A stretch of DNA of 64,000 nt. Source: Tubulanus polymorphus. Taxonomy: Eukaryota; Animalia; Nemertea. The first letter of the stretch is position 1. Every line of letters starts with the position of its first letter. The stretch lies in assembly GCF_964204645.1 (NCBI RefSeq), contig NC_134027.1, positions 8,278,485-8,342,484 on the forward strand, given 5' to 3'. Under the pieces are notes generated by a model that was given only the letters and a program-made list of their open reading frames with translations, was not told the DNA's origin and searched no databases. The translations under genes and the position numbers were made by a program. Shown here one piece after another: positions 10,530 to 24,487 of this stretch.

Positions 10530-12898
10530 TCGTTGAACTTTTTGTATTATTCATGATTCGTGATTATGTTTATTTTTTTTTTCATGATGATGTATTATTT
10601 CTTGCTGGCTTAACTGTACTATAAGTTGTTTCTGTCAGTATTACTGACCGAGCTCGCAGCGTTCAAAGTATTTGTGTTATATTATTAACAAAAGTTGCCA
10701 CATAAACAGAACAGAATAACTGCCTTCATAACTCTGTGATTAATCAGTTTATGGCATTCTGCACTTGATAGATTAAGATATCATTTGCATAATTCATTGG
10801 TATAGTGTTTCCTCAGCCATGGTATGCAACGCTTTTATATCCCTTTCTCTGAAATATTGATTGTTTAATTAGTCCTACTTGCGATAATTTCCGAGCCATG
10901 ATTCATCAATCTAATGTACTCGAAGTGACCTGGGGCTATTGTCCTGCCTGTCAAGCCATATTTCAATTTGAGATTTGTATCGAACGTCGAAAATTTTTTT
11001 TGTTCGGAAGTTCTTTATTTTTTATTCCCTATTATAATTTATCCATGCGTTGTTGTGTGTAAAGAAAGTAAATCCCGAACCAAAGTTTCATGTCATTTCT
11101 CGAGCACTCTTGAATGGGCGAAACACGATGGTTTTTCACGCACTCCTTACTTTATCTGATTGTATAAGGCTATAACAATTTTAGCGATTAAATATGAAAA
11201 CTTCGAATTTACAATTAAACTCATTAAATTGTTTGCAAGGTATTGGTCTAAAAACTAGCGGTAATTCCTTTTATGAAAACCAATCTAAACTCTTCAGGCA
11301 ACATACTCATAGGTATTAAAGGTATTAAATACATAGGTATTAAATCTAAATTCTTAAACCGGCCCAAAAAGACTGTTTATTCTTGTTGACTGATTTGAGT
11401 CAGTGGGGAACCGATTACAAGCTTTAAAGCGTTGCTGCTTCGTTGAAACGATATGTTTTCCATTATTTTCAGCTCATTATGTTGTGAAATCTTTGTGCAA
11501 TTCTCTCCTTGTGTGAAAGAGTTCTAATTCTTTCTCCCGGCCAAAATCCTACTTGTATTTACCTTTTCAGGTCTACAATAGTGTTAATGCTTGTGATTGC
11601 GTCAATTAGAATTGCCATATATAGATTTTTATTGTCAGAAAACTATTTTCATTTCATATAACGTGCAACGCATTAATCCACTTTAATGTACATTTTAAGA
11701 TATCTATATTTTAATCCATTCTGGCCTTATTAATAGTTTTCCTATGAAAGCAAATGTCATTGTACAACCTGTTAATGTGGGTTAATGTTTTAATTTTGAT
11801 GTTGAATCTAAATATCTTTGAAAGTTTTAAGTTGTCTTATTTTGATTTAGATGACATATGATTGGTAATGCATAGCCCCTTTAACAATATGAAATGATCG
11901 TTCTGTAGACAATATTTTTTGATTGAGTAATTTGGTTCAAGGTTGGATAGAATTCACCTGCATAACCTCAGTTTTTTCTCAGCATATGTATCCGGTTATC
12001 AAGTGTCTTGAAGTTCTGATAAACAGAAGGTGGCCACATAAACTGAACTGAAATATATTATTCAAAGAAAGCAGGACAGCAGTGACCCGTTTTCAGAACT
12101 GACTTTATATAGGTAAAGGAAGATCCAGGTCAGATGAAGTTCATTTATATTTCTCGCTATTCTCAAAATAACTTGTCGGGTTGGTTAAAGTTATTGGAAA
12201 AAAGATATTTATATTTTCTGTCTTATAACTTCCGTCTTTGGTACAATGAAATATTAAAAAATATGAATCAGTATTTAATTTGTCATTTATGTTGTACTGA
12301 ATCCATCCATATGTTATTATATATTTTTGTTAATGGAAATAAATTATTTTTGATACTGAAAAAGTTTTGACATAGATTTGTAGATTTGTTCTCGTGGCTG
12401 TGGTTTTGTGGATTGCCTCAAACCACACACAAGTCAGTGGCCTGAGGGAAGTGACTTGACTCCAGTTTCCTAGATATCTAGATAAATGAAAAAGTCCTGA
12501 AATATTTTACTTGATAAAAAATGTTTATTCTAGTACTTCATTTATGAGTAGTTCACGGATTAAGATATCGAAGAGGCAAAATAGCAATATTTTGGGATTC
12601 GAGTCCACTGGAGATTTTATGTGCTTCCATCTATCGGCAATTATCCATTGTTTACATCATGGCGGCTGTCGTCAATATTTGTAGTTAATGAAGGTTAATT
12701 TGCTAAGAACTTTCCAAATTAAAATTGTTTGCACCGATTATTTTCAATCTCCCTCTATCCGTCGGTAAAACTTATTCAATGGGCTCATGTAACCCAATAA
12801 TTCAGCCCGATTACCTGATGAAATTGGTAATAACACTCAGTTTTTTAAACGCGAATTCTAGAATCAAATCAATTTAAATTTAATCTATATTTCACCAA

Positions 12899-12911
12899 GT
12901 ACCTTAGTAAC
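12899..12911. promoter_or_regulatory. Possible RFX X-box upstream of TBC1D32
   Basis: GTACCTTAGTAAC fits the degenerate GTHNYY-N-RRNAAC pattern, and TBC1D32 is a ciliary gene. The motif is degenerate, so a chance match is possible. Confidence 0.3.
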
Positions 12912-13184
12912 ATATCGTTGGTTGTAAGCTTTAATAATCGGATGCGCTTGAAAATATTCGATCGTGAAACTATACCACAGACAGTTTACTGACTACAAGA
13001 ACCTTATTAGACTAATTTGTATCAGATGTTACAGAATAAAAAGTTAAGGCACGAACATTCGATTGTTCAGTAAGAACATTGATGTTGTGAAAATATTGGT
13101 TATACCGGACACTATTCCTTAAATAATAGAAATGTTTTTTATTTTTTTCTAAATCGACACATTTAAGTAGCAGGACAATGAAAA

Positions 13185-16100
13185 ATGATGGTGACTGTGA
13201 AATCTGTGATGGAGAAATTAGACGGGGAACCGTTGCTCGGTAGTTTACGTCAGTTGATTAACAGCTTTGAGCATCACGTCCGAGATGTGACAACAGTTGA
13301 ACAGGCGGAAGATTCTATTCTTCGCATGGAAGAAAACGATCGCAATTTCCACAAGTGAGATTTCCAGTTCAATTAGCTGTCAAAATATTTCTTAAAAAAC
13401 CAATACGACTTTTTCATCATCATCTAGAAATAAATATATCACGTATTATGAGCAAAAGGTGGCCAGGAAATCAGGAAAAAGTTAGGGAATTTTGATGGAA
13501 TATTCAGGAAATTTTGTAAAAAAAAAAGCTTGCGGGAAACTCAGGGAAATTTGTTGAGAAATTTGCTAGATAGATGTCTTGCGTATTTGACTCTGTTAAT
13601 TGATTGGATTCATAGGAGATCAAGTTATGGGAATCAATGTGAGTGTCTGGTCAGGGAAAAAGGTCAAATAAAAGTGACCTCCCTGAAAAATATACATGTG
13701 CCTTGCTAAGGCTAGTGGGACAATCATATTAGTTGGTGCCGTAGATTTCAGACTGATTAGTTCTTCCTTCATATTTTCAGATATGAATTCATCAAGAATA
13801 TTCGTAGTTTAATGGAAGAGCGAGTCGGTAAACTGATTGAAGACCAAATTGAACTCTGCAGTGTCGAATCAGGACAAGATGTGGTTGTCCGTCAAATTAC
13901 TGAAAATATTGTCAAATCCAGAGAGTAAGTTGAAATAGATAAGAGAGATCAGTTGAGAAGATATATCAAAACTAATAGCTAGGGTATGTATTTCGTGGAA
14001 TTTCAGGTTTCATGACATGATACAGAATCTGAAGGGTAAAGTCGTTGCTGCTTTGAATCAACTGGTGCAAAATTTTGAAGAAGAATTTGGTTCATTTCGT
14101 GATAGCGCTCAAACAAGTACGACTGAAAATGTGAAAAAGCTTTGTTATTCGTTTAGCGATGGAGAATCTTCTTTCGGCAGTTCTTTCAATCAGGTAGTTG
14201 ATAAGTTTATAAGACCACTTTACCTCAAATCAATTATAAATCCATTTGATATAGTGATTCTTGCCTGTATATGTTTTACAGAGTAGTTTTCTTATCATGA
14301 GTCAAGCCCAAAAACAGTTACAAGAAATAGCACACAACCTTGACAAGAAGAATCCCAATGTAAGTTTACATGATGATGAATATGGTAATTAGGTTATTCA
14401 TCATTTCTTATTAGGGTTTTCCGCTACTTGGCGAAAAACCCTATTGTTTTCTTTTCTTTTGATTATTATCATTACACATGAACAAATCAATTCAATTAAG
14501 ATGTATTTACTTCCAAGTAACAGAATGCAGAAAACCGGTTATCACTGCTTTGGAGCTATACTTGATTAAAACATTCATTCATAAAGCATATTCTACTCTA
14601 GGCACGTTTAGAAGCTTTGACAAACTTGTGCCACATTCCTCCTCAAGACATTGTAGGCAGTGAACACTGGCCACTTCTTAAGAAAGGATTGGTAGAATGC
14701 CTTAGCGATTCTGATGAAAAATTAGCGGTAAGTTAGAAAATAGATTTCTTCCCTATTCATTTGTATTGTAGATTTTAACTCTGTCCTCAATGTACTGTTG
14801 GAATGATATAACATTTTTCTTGCATATAATTTTAGAATATGGGTTTGAAATATTGCGCTAAAGGCTTTTCAGCTACTACTCCAAACACTCGGGAAATGTA
14901 TTCTACACTAGGTTCGTAATAAATGAACTACCGGTACCATACACTCAATCATTTTTTCTATTTGTTCAATTTTAGTGTATTATAGTGTCCTTTTTCAGTT
15001 GAATATTTGGTTATGCAGTTTAATTCGCGAAAGAGTAATATTCCTCGTTTAAAGAATAATCTCGACACAAAGAAGCCTGAAGTGCAAAGACTCTTAAAAG
15101 CTGTGAGTAGAAGATATAGAGTTAAGAAGCTGTATATCATACCGGGCATATCATATTATTATCTACCATCAAAGAAGGCCATCGGTCCATATACCGGCAG
15201 CCTCTTTGTTAAGATGTTTAGTGTCCTTTGTGATTGAAGTTATAGTTACTCAAATTATCTCCTAAATTGTTCTTTATGAGGGTACCGCTATGAAATAAGT
15301 CCTACTTCATGTCTCATGGTTTTGTCTAAAATTTTTCTATGAAATAAGTTTTTCTCTTTTTGCTGTAGAGAAATGTTAATGTATCCATTTTTGCGCACTT
15401 ATAAGTTGCACTGATTGCATTATGTTGTGGCACCAGGGCTGTAGATTCGGACTCCTCGGCTGTGGAGCCGCTTGATGTTTCACTTGTGTTGATACCAATC
15501 CATTCATCATTTTATGTGACATCTGGTTGATACCTGATAATATTTCTCAAAATATTCTCTATGTGTGGCTTTTCACAACCAATACTCAGTGCATTGATTC
15601 TACCTTCCTCACCTCCTCAGTTGATAACTATGTTAGTCGAGGAGTGAGAAAGTGAGAAATGATGAAATGGTTTTCGTATTCATTCCTATGTATTTATATT
15701 TTTAGATACGACTGTTGAACGAATTTCAGGTTTATATTCCGACCTATTGGGTTCGTCTCTCCACAAAGTGAGTAAAGTAGCAAGCAGTCCTCTCATGATT
15801 AAATTGTTTTAAGTACTGGCATGTAATTTTCGCTACAAAATTTTTATTTTCAGATTCCTTGATGAATTATTAGAAAGTACGCTTACATTGTTCTCTATCC
15901 ACCAATCACAATTAAGCAGTTCCACTCAGATGACTCCGCTTCATTTCGTTGCTTTGCTCGATCCAAAAGCCTATTGGTTTGTCAGATGGATGGTAAGTAT
16001 GCCATGAAACTATAAGGTTAATTAGAAAAACTTTCGTTTTCTTAAAGACACTCGGAAATTAATTCCAAACGTAATTATTGTATTATTAAGCTGTTTTGTA

Positions 16101-19100
16101 TATTCTAAAAACTGATTTATTGAACTGTGCCTTCAATAAAAAGTAGTGGAAGTTGTTGAAAATATTCATCAATTGTTCATGTTTGTCGTATTCATGAAAT
16201 ATTTTCAGCAAGGAAGTTACAGCAGAATGCCGCTTTTTCAACTCTTGAAGAAATACAGAGGAATGGTACGTCACATACCTAAAAATTAGATATTTAAAGA
16301 TGAGAATGTGGCACGTTATGAGTGAAGTTGATTTTATATATCTAGGTTGATGGTGCTGTAAGACATTGCATATCATATGCCTCATCGCGATATCGTCCTG
16401 CTGGCATTAAACAGCTCTCGGAAGCATTAGCTCTGCAAACACTTGGTAAGAATATTCATATATTCATCGATCGTTACGTTGAGAAGTCAGACAATCCAGA
16501 TTTTAGATTTGCACGTTTTATTCCAACGATCCATGCACTTAACCACTTATAATTTCTTTCTAGATGATAAAAGGAGACATAGTTTTATAGAGGCCGAATT
16601 AGATTATATCTATTTCATACATTCAACGTGCATGCTTACTGAGTTGCTATGTTACAAAGACGGACAGAAATTCTTTCCAATCAAAGTCAAGGACCGAGAC
16701 GGTAAGATGAGTAATTCATAAAGAGCAAAAATTTTACCGGGCTTTTCCCCCTTTTCACAGAAAATCGTATTGCTTTTCTCCAGATTATTATTGTAATTAT
16801 TATAAGTGTTTTCTGCTGTTTCAATGAAAACCTTTTTGCTCCCCTCAACAGTGGTCCCTAGATCTGCCCGTGGCAGCAATAATGGCTTTTCTACCTAGCA
16901 TATATACTGTGTTATATTACTGCTGTATATATTTATTTCAATCATTAGATTAATAATCGTAATTGATATCTGTGAGATTCTATATACATGTATTTTAATC
17001 ATTAGCTTGATAATTATAATCGATACCCGTGATATGCTTAGGTTGTTGCCAACTCGGTGTGCATCATTATTTCGTAAGGTTACAAATGCAGTAATGATCT
17101 GTTAGATTAATTGTTCATTAGTCTACCACACGGGGAATGAGTTAGTCGTAACTTTTATGCGAACTCGGCATGAGGCTGTGTGTCACCTCGGAAGCTGTGT
17201 ATCCCTGCAATGAAACCTTGTGGTGATTAATTAAATCTTCGATTATATTCTGCGCAGCGCTTCGAAAATGATGAATACGAACACTTCAAACAACGTTTCA
17301 ACAGCCAGTACCACCACGCTGAATTGGTGCCAAGTTGAAATGCAACTTCCAATTCGGTTCCAATATCAGTTCACCCTTTATCTATATTTGGTCGGTTTTA
17401 CTTTGCTTTGTACGTGTGGAATACTTTTCAACAGTCTCACCGTAACTGTATTGAGACAAATGCAAAAAAGCGCTTCTTATTATCTCGTTAAGGTTTTGGC
17501 TATCTTCGATTTATTGTTCCTTCTCGCGGTGACCGTTCTATTTCCCATGAGAACTACGTACATATTCATTGTATTGGGTGATCTTCTTTATCGAAGCGAT
17601 GATTATTACTATGGTAAATGGTTTATTACCATCGCCGAACCCTTTTACTACACCTTCCAGATGAGCAGAAATTGGGTCGTCGTTTTGCTGAGCTTTGAAC
17701 GTATGATCGTTGTTTTATTTCCGTTAAAATCGCGTACTTTTTGGACAAGAACTACGGTCAATATTCATATAGCTCTCATCGTTGTGGCTTCTTTTTCGGC
17801 GTTCTCGTTATATTTCTTGCCACGTTATCTACCGGGAACGCTACGTTGCGACAGAACATGGCCCGAAGTAGCCTGGAAATACACAACGGTATTCGCTAAA
17901 TATTGGAACAAAACGTTCGAAATAAAATATCTACAAAACATAGCCACCATGTTTTTAACATTTATTACTCCAGTAAGTTTGCTTCTGTTTATCAATTCTA
18001 TACTTTCAATAGCATTTATCATTAAAAAGATAAATCGTAGGCATTTATTTTCGGGACCGGCTACGGCCAGCTATGCAGCATCAGCAGAACAGACTAAACT
18101 GATTCGTATGTCAGTAGCCGTTGTGATAGCGTATACGATATGCGAATTGCCGGGAATAATTGATCGAGTCATCATGATGAACTGGATTGAAAATGATTTA
18201 TCAGAAGCTACCGCCATGTATTTCCGAAAAATGTCCATATTATTAACAACCGTAGATTCATGCTTGAATTTTCTCCTCTACTGTTTCGCTAATGATAAGT
18301 TCAAACAAAATGCTATTCAGATAATTCAACGTAAAAAGACGTTCGTCAACTTTCGTTAAGTGCGTGTTTAACGTTTTTTTTGCAATGTGTGCTCGTAGTA
18401 GCTAGACACTGTAAAGCAACGAGTTTCGCGATTGGTTTACCAGCTTGCGTCGATTGATAATTAAACGAACCAAAGGTAAAACATGGAGTACAAACTTATA
18501 ACAATATTCGCTACACGAGCTTCGTACGTGGTTGGAGGAGACGTTGTTGCTGTAGAGTTTGTTAAAGGTTTCGGTGGGATGACTGCTGAGGTGCATGCTC
18601 GTAATTCAATGTGTATATAATTTTGTACAAACATGAACACGAAAATAATTTCAAACGTAAGAAAACTCATTTTCTTTATTCTCTCGAAAAAGTGACAAAT
18701 AACAATTCATGAACGCATTTTAACACAAATCGGACAAAAATATAAATTCAATGACAAAAGTTGTAAGAATCAGGACAAATAAATTCTAGAATGAATATCT
18801 ACGCAGAGGCGCACAATTTTGCAACATCGAAAAATTATATCATTCATATTCACATGTAATATTCTTGTTCTGAACGAATAGGGGAATAAAAAGTACATAT
18901 ACGGCCGTTTTCAGTCAATTTTGTGGACACATTTCGTCATTATATAGGTTAAATTTCTTCCCAAAATTCAGTTGATGTATATTGATTGCTGACACCTTTT
19001 CACCCTTCAGCCCAACAGTCCAAGAGAATATGGGTTCTGTCATACTAGGTGTAGTTTTTCAACATTTACATGAAAGGTCTATGCTTTGAAGGTTACATTC

Positions 19101-22100
19101 CCTATCAATATTGATTTCTAACACTGTTATGTTCTTTGTGGACTGTTTTTTCACCCTAAAGTGTACGGTTTTGACTGTTCTTCTTGTAACTTGATATTCA
19201 GGTTAGGGGTGGAAGGAGCATGAGCCCCATAGTTTTTGACTTATATTGTTCATCCTGGTTCTAAGTTCACCCAGGTTTGCATATTAATGATGCCGCAAGC
19301 CAGAAAACCTGTTATCATGCTTTGCAGCTATATTTGATGCTGTTATTTTCTGATGATTTTTTGCATCTTTATAGAACCTGTTGATATTCCTCAGTTTCTT
19401 GTGTGTATGATCAATTTGATCGGGGATAAATTGATTCCTGTCAACTCAACCACACCAGGTATGTAGATTCTTTTTACCAGAATTAGATATACACAGGACT
19501 CTCAAGATGTTCTGCTCATTTCTTTTCTTGTTAATTATTTTGCTAGGTTTAGGTATCTACGATCCTAGGACATTAGTAACCAACATGTTAAAGAAGTTAT
19601 GCGCTTCAGAGCTGAATCTCGGAGTTTGTATCTGTAATGATGAAGTAATGGATGCGCTCCTCGTGCCTATCATACAGTGGTTAGACGATGATACTGTATC
19701 TCATGGTAACGTGGCCTGTGATACGGCGTTATTGCAAATCGCTGATGTCATATCAACAATTGCTGAAAGCAATCAAGGCCGGCAGTTCCTCATGTACGGA
19801 GAAAAACTAGATCATTCGTCAAAGCAAGTATTCAAGTCTCTGATGAGGACAAATTGTTTTAACCTGATGTTTTGTTTTATAAAAATCACTCCCTAAATAT
19901 TCTAGAAATGGTGGAGCTCATGTGATCGCTAGGTTTGCACGGCGTGCGCTTATGAACGATCTGGGAGATGAGGAAACCTGCGGCCCGTCTCAAGCAGTTA
20001 TCGGCGCCTATGTGTATATATGTCGACAGTTGTACAATAATGGTGAAGGTTTACAGTTTCTTTATCAATACAATCTTCATGATGCTATCGCTAAAGCTTG
20101 GAGAGAGGTGAGTCAGAAAGGTCTAACTCTCTGGGAATGTTGTAGCCTTGTCTATATCAAAATCACCATGGATAAAATTCTGAACATTTTAGGCTCTAGG
20201 TGATTTGGAAAGGGGAGGAACACCGACTCCTGGCAAGAATTCAGACTCGGCATCAACTATGAAAGAATCTCACAACGCGTAAGGACAAAGTGCTTCAATT
20301 TACAAATATAAAGCCTGCTCTTTATAACTTACTGAAGTACATGTTTGTATTCACAGGATCATGTGGGAAGACACTCTTCGTGATAATCTGTTGAACTTTG
20401 CTGGAACTACAAAAGGTCTGCTGTTGTTACAATTGTCTGGTGCAATGAATGAATGTGTCTCATACATGTATACTAGATACGCCAAGAAATTACAAGTTAG
20501 TTGCATTCGTTTTGATGGACCGACCTACGGAAATGAACTGTTACAATTACTTATTGATGATTTCAATCTTAGGTGAGCAAATGTGAGAAATTTGGTTATG
20601 GTTACATGTTAACGCAGGTGGCTGCCACTTCTCCTGGCATGGTTGCCTTACAGAATACAGGTAAGGAGGAAAACAAGAGATCTTGTACCCGGTTGTTCTT
20701 ATATGGGAATGTCAATCAGTGGAGTGTAAAGAGTGTAAATGATATATTTTTCTAAACTTTTCAGGATTTATCGAAGCTTTAGTCGGTGATGTATGGACGG
20801 TGTTAGAACATGGTGCCGAAGATTTGCCATTGTCCAGTCCAAAAGTCTGGCCTACTCAACCGATCGATCGTGTTGCTCATAAGCCACTGATAAGCCTTTT
20901 GAACTTGTTGTCCGCTTATCCAGCCGTTTATGAAGCGCTGAAAGATAGAAAACTTCCAGCCAAAGAAAGCTACACATTACGAGAAATTCCTGTTTCTATT
21001 GTGGTAAGATAAACAACATGCATCATCCACCCTGTGCCATACCCTTGAGACCTGTTAGTGCGATACAGCCATTCTTGATGGATTTCACCGATACTTGGTG
21101 TGAGGATTAGGGCCGGGCAGGTTGGACATCCAACCATCTCGAAGCCACCTTATATTTCTCATAAGCAGGCTTGAATGGGTTTCCCGAAAATAGGTGTGAG
21201 GTGGCCGTCTTGAATCTCTTGGCCTGCAATCAGGAATGGTTTTTCTAGAAAATTTTGTGATGGTTGAGACTAATGCTGGACTTAAATCAAGAATTCTTAC
21301 AAATTAAATGAATAATTGAGTAAACTCATTGGTTTTCTATGAAGTATGCAATATGTTACCGGTAACTGTCTTCAATTTCTTACTTATCACTGTCTGCTTA
21401 CCCCAGGGAGACATCGGTGACAATTACCACATTCTAATTTTTACCCCTGTACAATAATATATTTTAGGAGCTGATTGACCGACTCATTGTTGTTGACAGC
21501 CAAGCTAAAGTCCAATCATTATTTGACTATGAACAATCACATACTTTTGGCCTAAGGTAGATATTAAATCTAGTTTGTAGAATAAGAGTCTGGTTTGCTA
21601 TGCACAACTAGTTGTAAGTAAAAGAAATATACAGAATTTAATTTTCTTTTCTTTATATCATTTTCAGGTTATTGAGTGTAATGGTGACTTGTTTAGATAC
21701 GTACCTATTGTTGAATCACCAGTACAAATTACAAAACATGTTGCTGAAATTCCAGTCAGAAAATGTCCGAGAGGGAGAGTACGTGAAATACTAGTGAGAT
21801 GTTTGAATATCATTTACTTTTCAATTTCATAAATACATCAGCCTTATCTATTCAATTTTCAGTCCAGATATTATAATTGATATGTTATCTGTTGAGAGGA
21901 ACTATATATTAGTGAAGACATATCTGATAGGTGGACCAAATGAACGACTCATACCTGCACGAACTCTATCAACGGAAACCTCAACACCATATCCATTCCC
22001 AATGGTGGTCAAGTTACCAATTCCAAGAGATTACTCTCCAAATATTGCTGGACGATCTTCTATGAAACAAGGTGAGTTTATTCACTATACTTCTGTATTT

Positions 22101-23913
22101 CTTTTGGCTTTTTATAATGCCAGTCAAGAGTCTCCGCTAAGGTGACCATATGATTTATGAATGATAATCTTATTTTTATTTCTTTTTCGATTTTCATAGA
22201 TAATGAACTCAGTAAATTTTTGTCAGACGGGAAAAAGTCTGAACATAATCAACAATGGATGGAGAAGTGCAGAAAAACCTTTTGTCAACTTTTGACAACA
22301 AAACCTGAACAGGCTAAAGGAAATAGTAAGTACCTGGTGTACTCTATGCGCATTACTTTTATTGTAACAATGCTATTGCATAGGAGATGGAATATTTTGT
22401 TTTCGGTTTTGCAGTGATCCAAGAGTTATTAGAACAGGTTTTACCATTGCTGACTGAAAGACAAACTGATGTTACATTTCCACAGCAAGAATTTAGTGGT
22501 GAGATGCTAGTGATATTACGATGTTTAGTCATTTCAGACAACTTGAATATTGATAAACTTTTGAATCTTTTGCAGCTAGTGACTCTTCCGTCAAAAATCA
22601 GCGTCTTACACCAATTCAAGAACTAGGAATGGAATTAGCTGTCAGGTTTGTGCAGAGAATATACGCGAGAATACACCTATTAAATAAGAAAAAACAGATT
22701 TCTAAATACCAGTATTTATTCAAAATCAATGCACTTTCATTTTAGATATGGAATCCATTTAAAGCTATTCAGCTCGAGTGCATCAGCCACAGATAAACTG
22801 TCTTTCTTGATGAAAAAAGTAAATTTGTTCTTACAACAGAAACGTCAGAAGAAACTGAAGACTCCACTTAGTATCCTTTGATTCGGTTATCTAGCTTGTG
22901 CTTTCAGTAGCAGATCAACTTGAAAATAACTGTTGAATGACGCTGTGTTGTAACAAAAATGTGAATGTATCTAGCGTGACTGTTATCAAACTAAATTGCA
23001 TTATTCAGATTATCTAAAGGGTAATTACCCTGGAAGTGATTGGTTTGCGTGTTCAGTCTTTCTCATTATGAATGGAGATAGAGATCGTACATGGAAGTTC
23101 CTACATAGATTTTCTTCGCTAGCTGCTTCTGCGTATCTGTGGCCTGCTAGGCTTCATAATTCTGTAAGTAACATTCTCTTAATGATGATAATTCCTGGTA
23201 GCTTATAATTCAAAAATGCATTTTGTCTCATTTCGGTATTCAGGTTCACTTACCAACACCAATGATGAGCAGTGGAATTCCTCCGTTGTTTTCTGTGACT
23301 GGATATAACGTTGAATTGCTGCTTCAGTCAGAAAATCCAATTGTCTACTCTGCCTTTAAAATGTCTGGTTATACGCCCGCTCAAGTAAGTACTTTTGGTA
23401 CTAATTCGACTAAGAAATAAATCGGAATTTTTGCATAAGAAATATTACTGATTTTCAAATGAGAGGAATTTCACTTCTAATTGTTTTCCGTGTTTTCTGA
23501 TTCAGATTTGTCAGCATTGGTTGAGGCAGTGTTTCTGGAACTATCTCGACTGGGTTGATATATGCCACTATATTTCGATATGTTTAGTAATGGGTATCGA
23601 TTACCAGGTATATCTGTGCGTCGCTATTCTCAAACATCTACAGCCTGCCATTATGCAACACATGCAGACACAAGAACTAGTCATCTTCCTAAAAGTAAGC
23701 TGAGCCAAAATTTTTGATTATTGCGATTGAGCAAGTTGGAATGACCATTTTCTCCGATTTCATTGTATGTCTCATACTTGATACTGACTGACTTTTCAGG
23801 AAGAACCTATACGTAACTTTAGAGTGGGACAGTATTTAGAATTCATGCAACAGCTGGAACAAAAATATCGACAATCTGTTTTAAAAGATATGCTTGATGT
23901 TAGCCGACCATGA
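13185..23913 (+). CDS. TBC1D32: Protein broad-minded (TBC1 domain family member 32), ~30 exons
   Basis: First exon ...[19 protein letters not shown]|YEFIK; later [99 protein letters not shown], all characteristic of BROMI. Start could be 13185, 13188 or 13209; stop TGA 23911-23913. Confidence 0.93.
13457..13685. mobile_element. Decayed MITE (AGGTGGCCA...GTGACCTCCCTG) with internal TCAGGGAA repeats
   Basis: Repeated TCAGG(G)AA units and degenerate inverted ends in the first coding intron of TBC1D32. Confidence 0.45.
17268..18359 (+). CDS. Intronless class A GPCR, FMRFamide/peptide-receptor-like, nested in a TBC1D32 intron
   Basis: Seven hydrophobic segments; GILFN (TM1), LAIFD (TM2), [12 protein letters not shown] (TM3), ICELP (TM6), [10 protein letters not shown] (TM7); N-terminal NxS sites. 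Lies inside intron 16702-19374. Confidence 0.9.
   Translation: MMNTNTSNNVSTASTTTLNWCQVEMQLPIRFQYQFTLYLYLVGFTLLCTCGILFNSLTVTVLRQMQKSASYYLVKVLAIFDLLFLLAVTVLFPMRTTYIFIVLGDLLYRSDDYYYGKWFITIAEPFYYTFQMSRNWVVVLLSFERMIVVLFPLKSRTFWTRTTVNIHIALIVVASFSAFSLYFLPRYLPGTLRCDRTWPEVAWKYTTVFAKYWNKTFEIKYLQNIATMFLTFITPVSLLLFINSILSIAFIIKKINRRHLFSGPATASYAASAEQTKLIRMSVAVVIAYTICELPGIIDRVIMMNWIENDLSEATAMYFRKMSILLTTVDSCLNFLLYCFANDKFKQNAIQIIQRKKTFVNFR
19824..19905 (+). other. GC-AG intron in TBC1D32
   Basis: AA|GCAAGT donor is the only local donor that keeps frame into TAG|A AAT GGT GGA GCT CAT; the GT 4 nt downstream is out of frame. Confidence 0.75.
22871..23008 (+). other. Intron with U12-type donor in TBC1D32
   Basis: Donor GTATCCTTT; frame-preserving acceptor TTCAG at 23008; no clear CCTTAAC branch point. 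Confidence 0.7.
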
Positions 23914-24477
23914 ACTGGAAATATTGTCTTTTTTGCCATTGCGCAAAAAGTCGGAGCCATTAACCATTGCAATGACCAGTGCATCATCATTCTCTTCTAA
24001 TCCGTCCATGGCTACAGTACCTGCTGTTATTTGTTATTTCATTTTCATTCAACTATTGTTGAATTATTTGTCATGTCTATTTCATACCAAATCATATTTG
24101 AGAGGTCATAAAATCATAAAGCTTATAGTTTTTAAATGTAAAATGAATGTTTGCAATGTACATTAAAATATTCAATAAATGAGTAATTTATTATATGTAC
24201 TGAGTGAATGAATTTGTTTTGGTGTTACTGCTATCAATATATAATTTTGATAATCCTCCGAAGAGTTTTTAAAATGTGGATCAATACGAAGCTGAAAGCC
24301 CAATAACTCGCAATAACTCCGGCCCGCGTACTAGCCGTTCACACGTTACGTACCAGTAGGTGCTGCCATCTAAAAGAAGCCCTGTGGAGACCACGTGCTT
24401 TTCCGCAAAAATAAACAACATGACGTAATTGAATGTATGTTCGAGCGTGCGCAGTGAATGACGGAAATTGTCTGATT

Positions 24478-24487
24478 CAAGATGGCG
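24478..24487 (+). promoter_or_regulatory. YY1/TISU-like motif overlapping the dynein LIC start codon
   Basis: CAAGATGGCG spans the ATG at 24482. Confidence 0.45.

Noticed and set aside
16701-17271. TBC1D32-GPCR fusion via the acceptor at 17257
   Set aside because: Splicing from the phase-1 donor hits TGA after four codons and is out of frame with the GPCR ATG.
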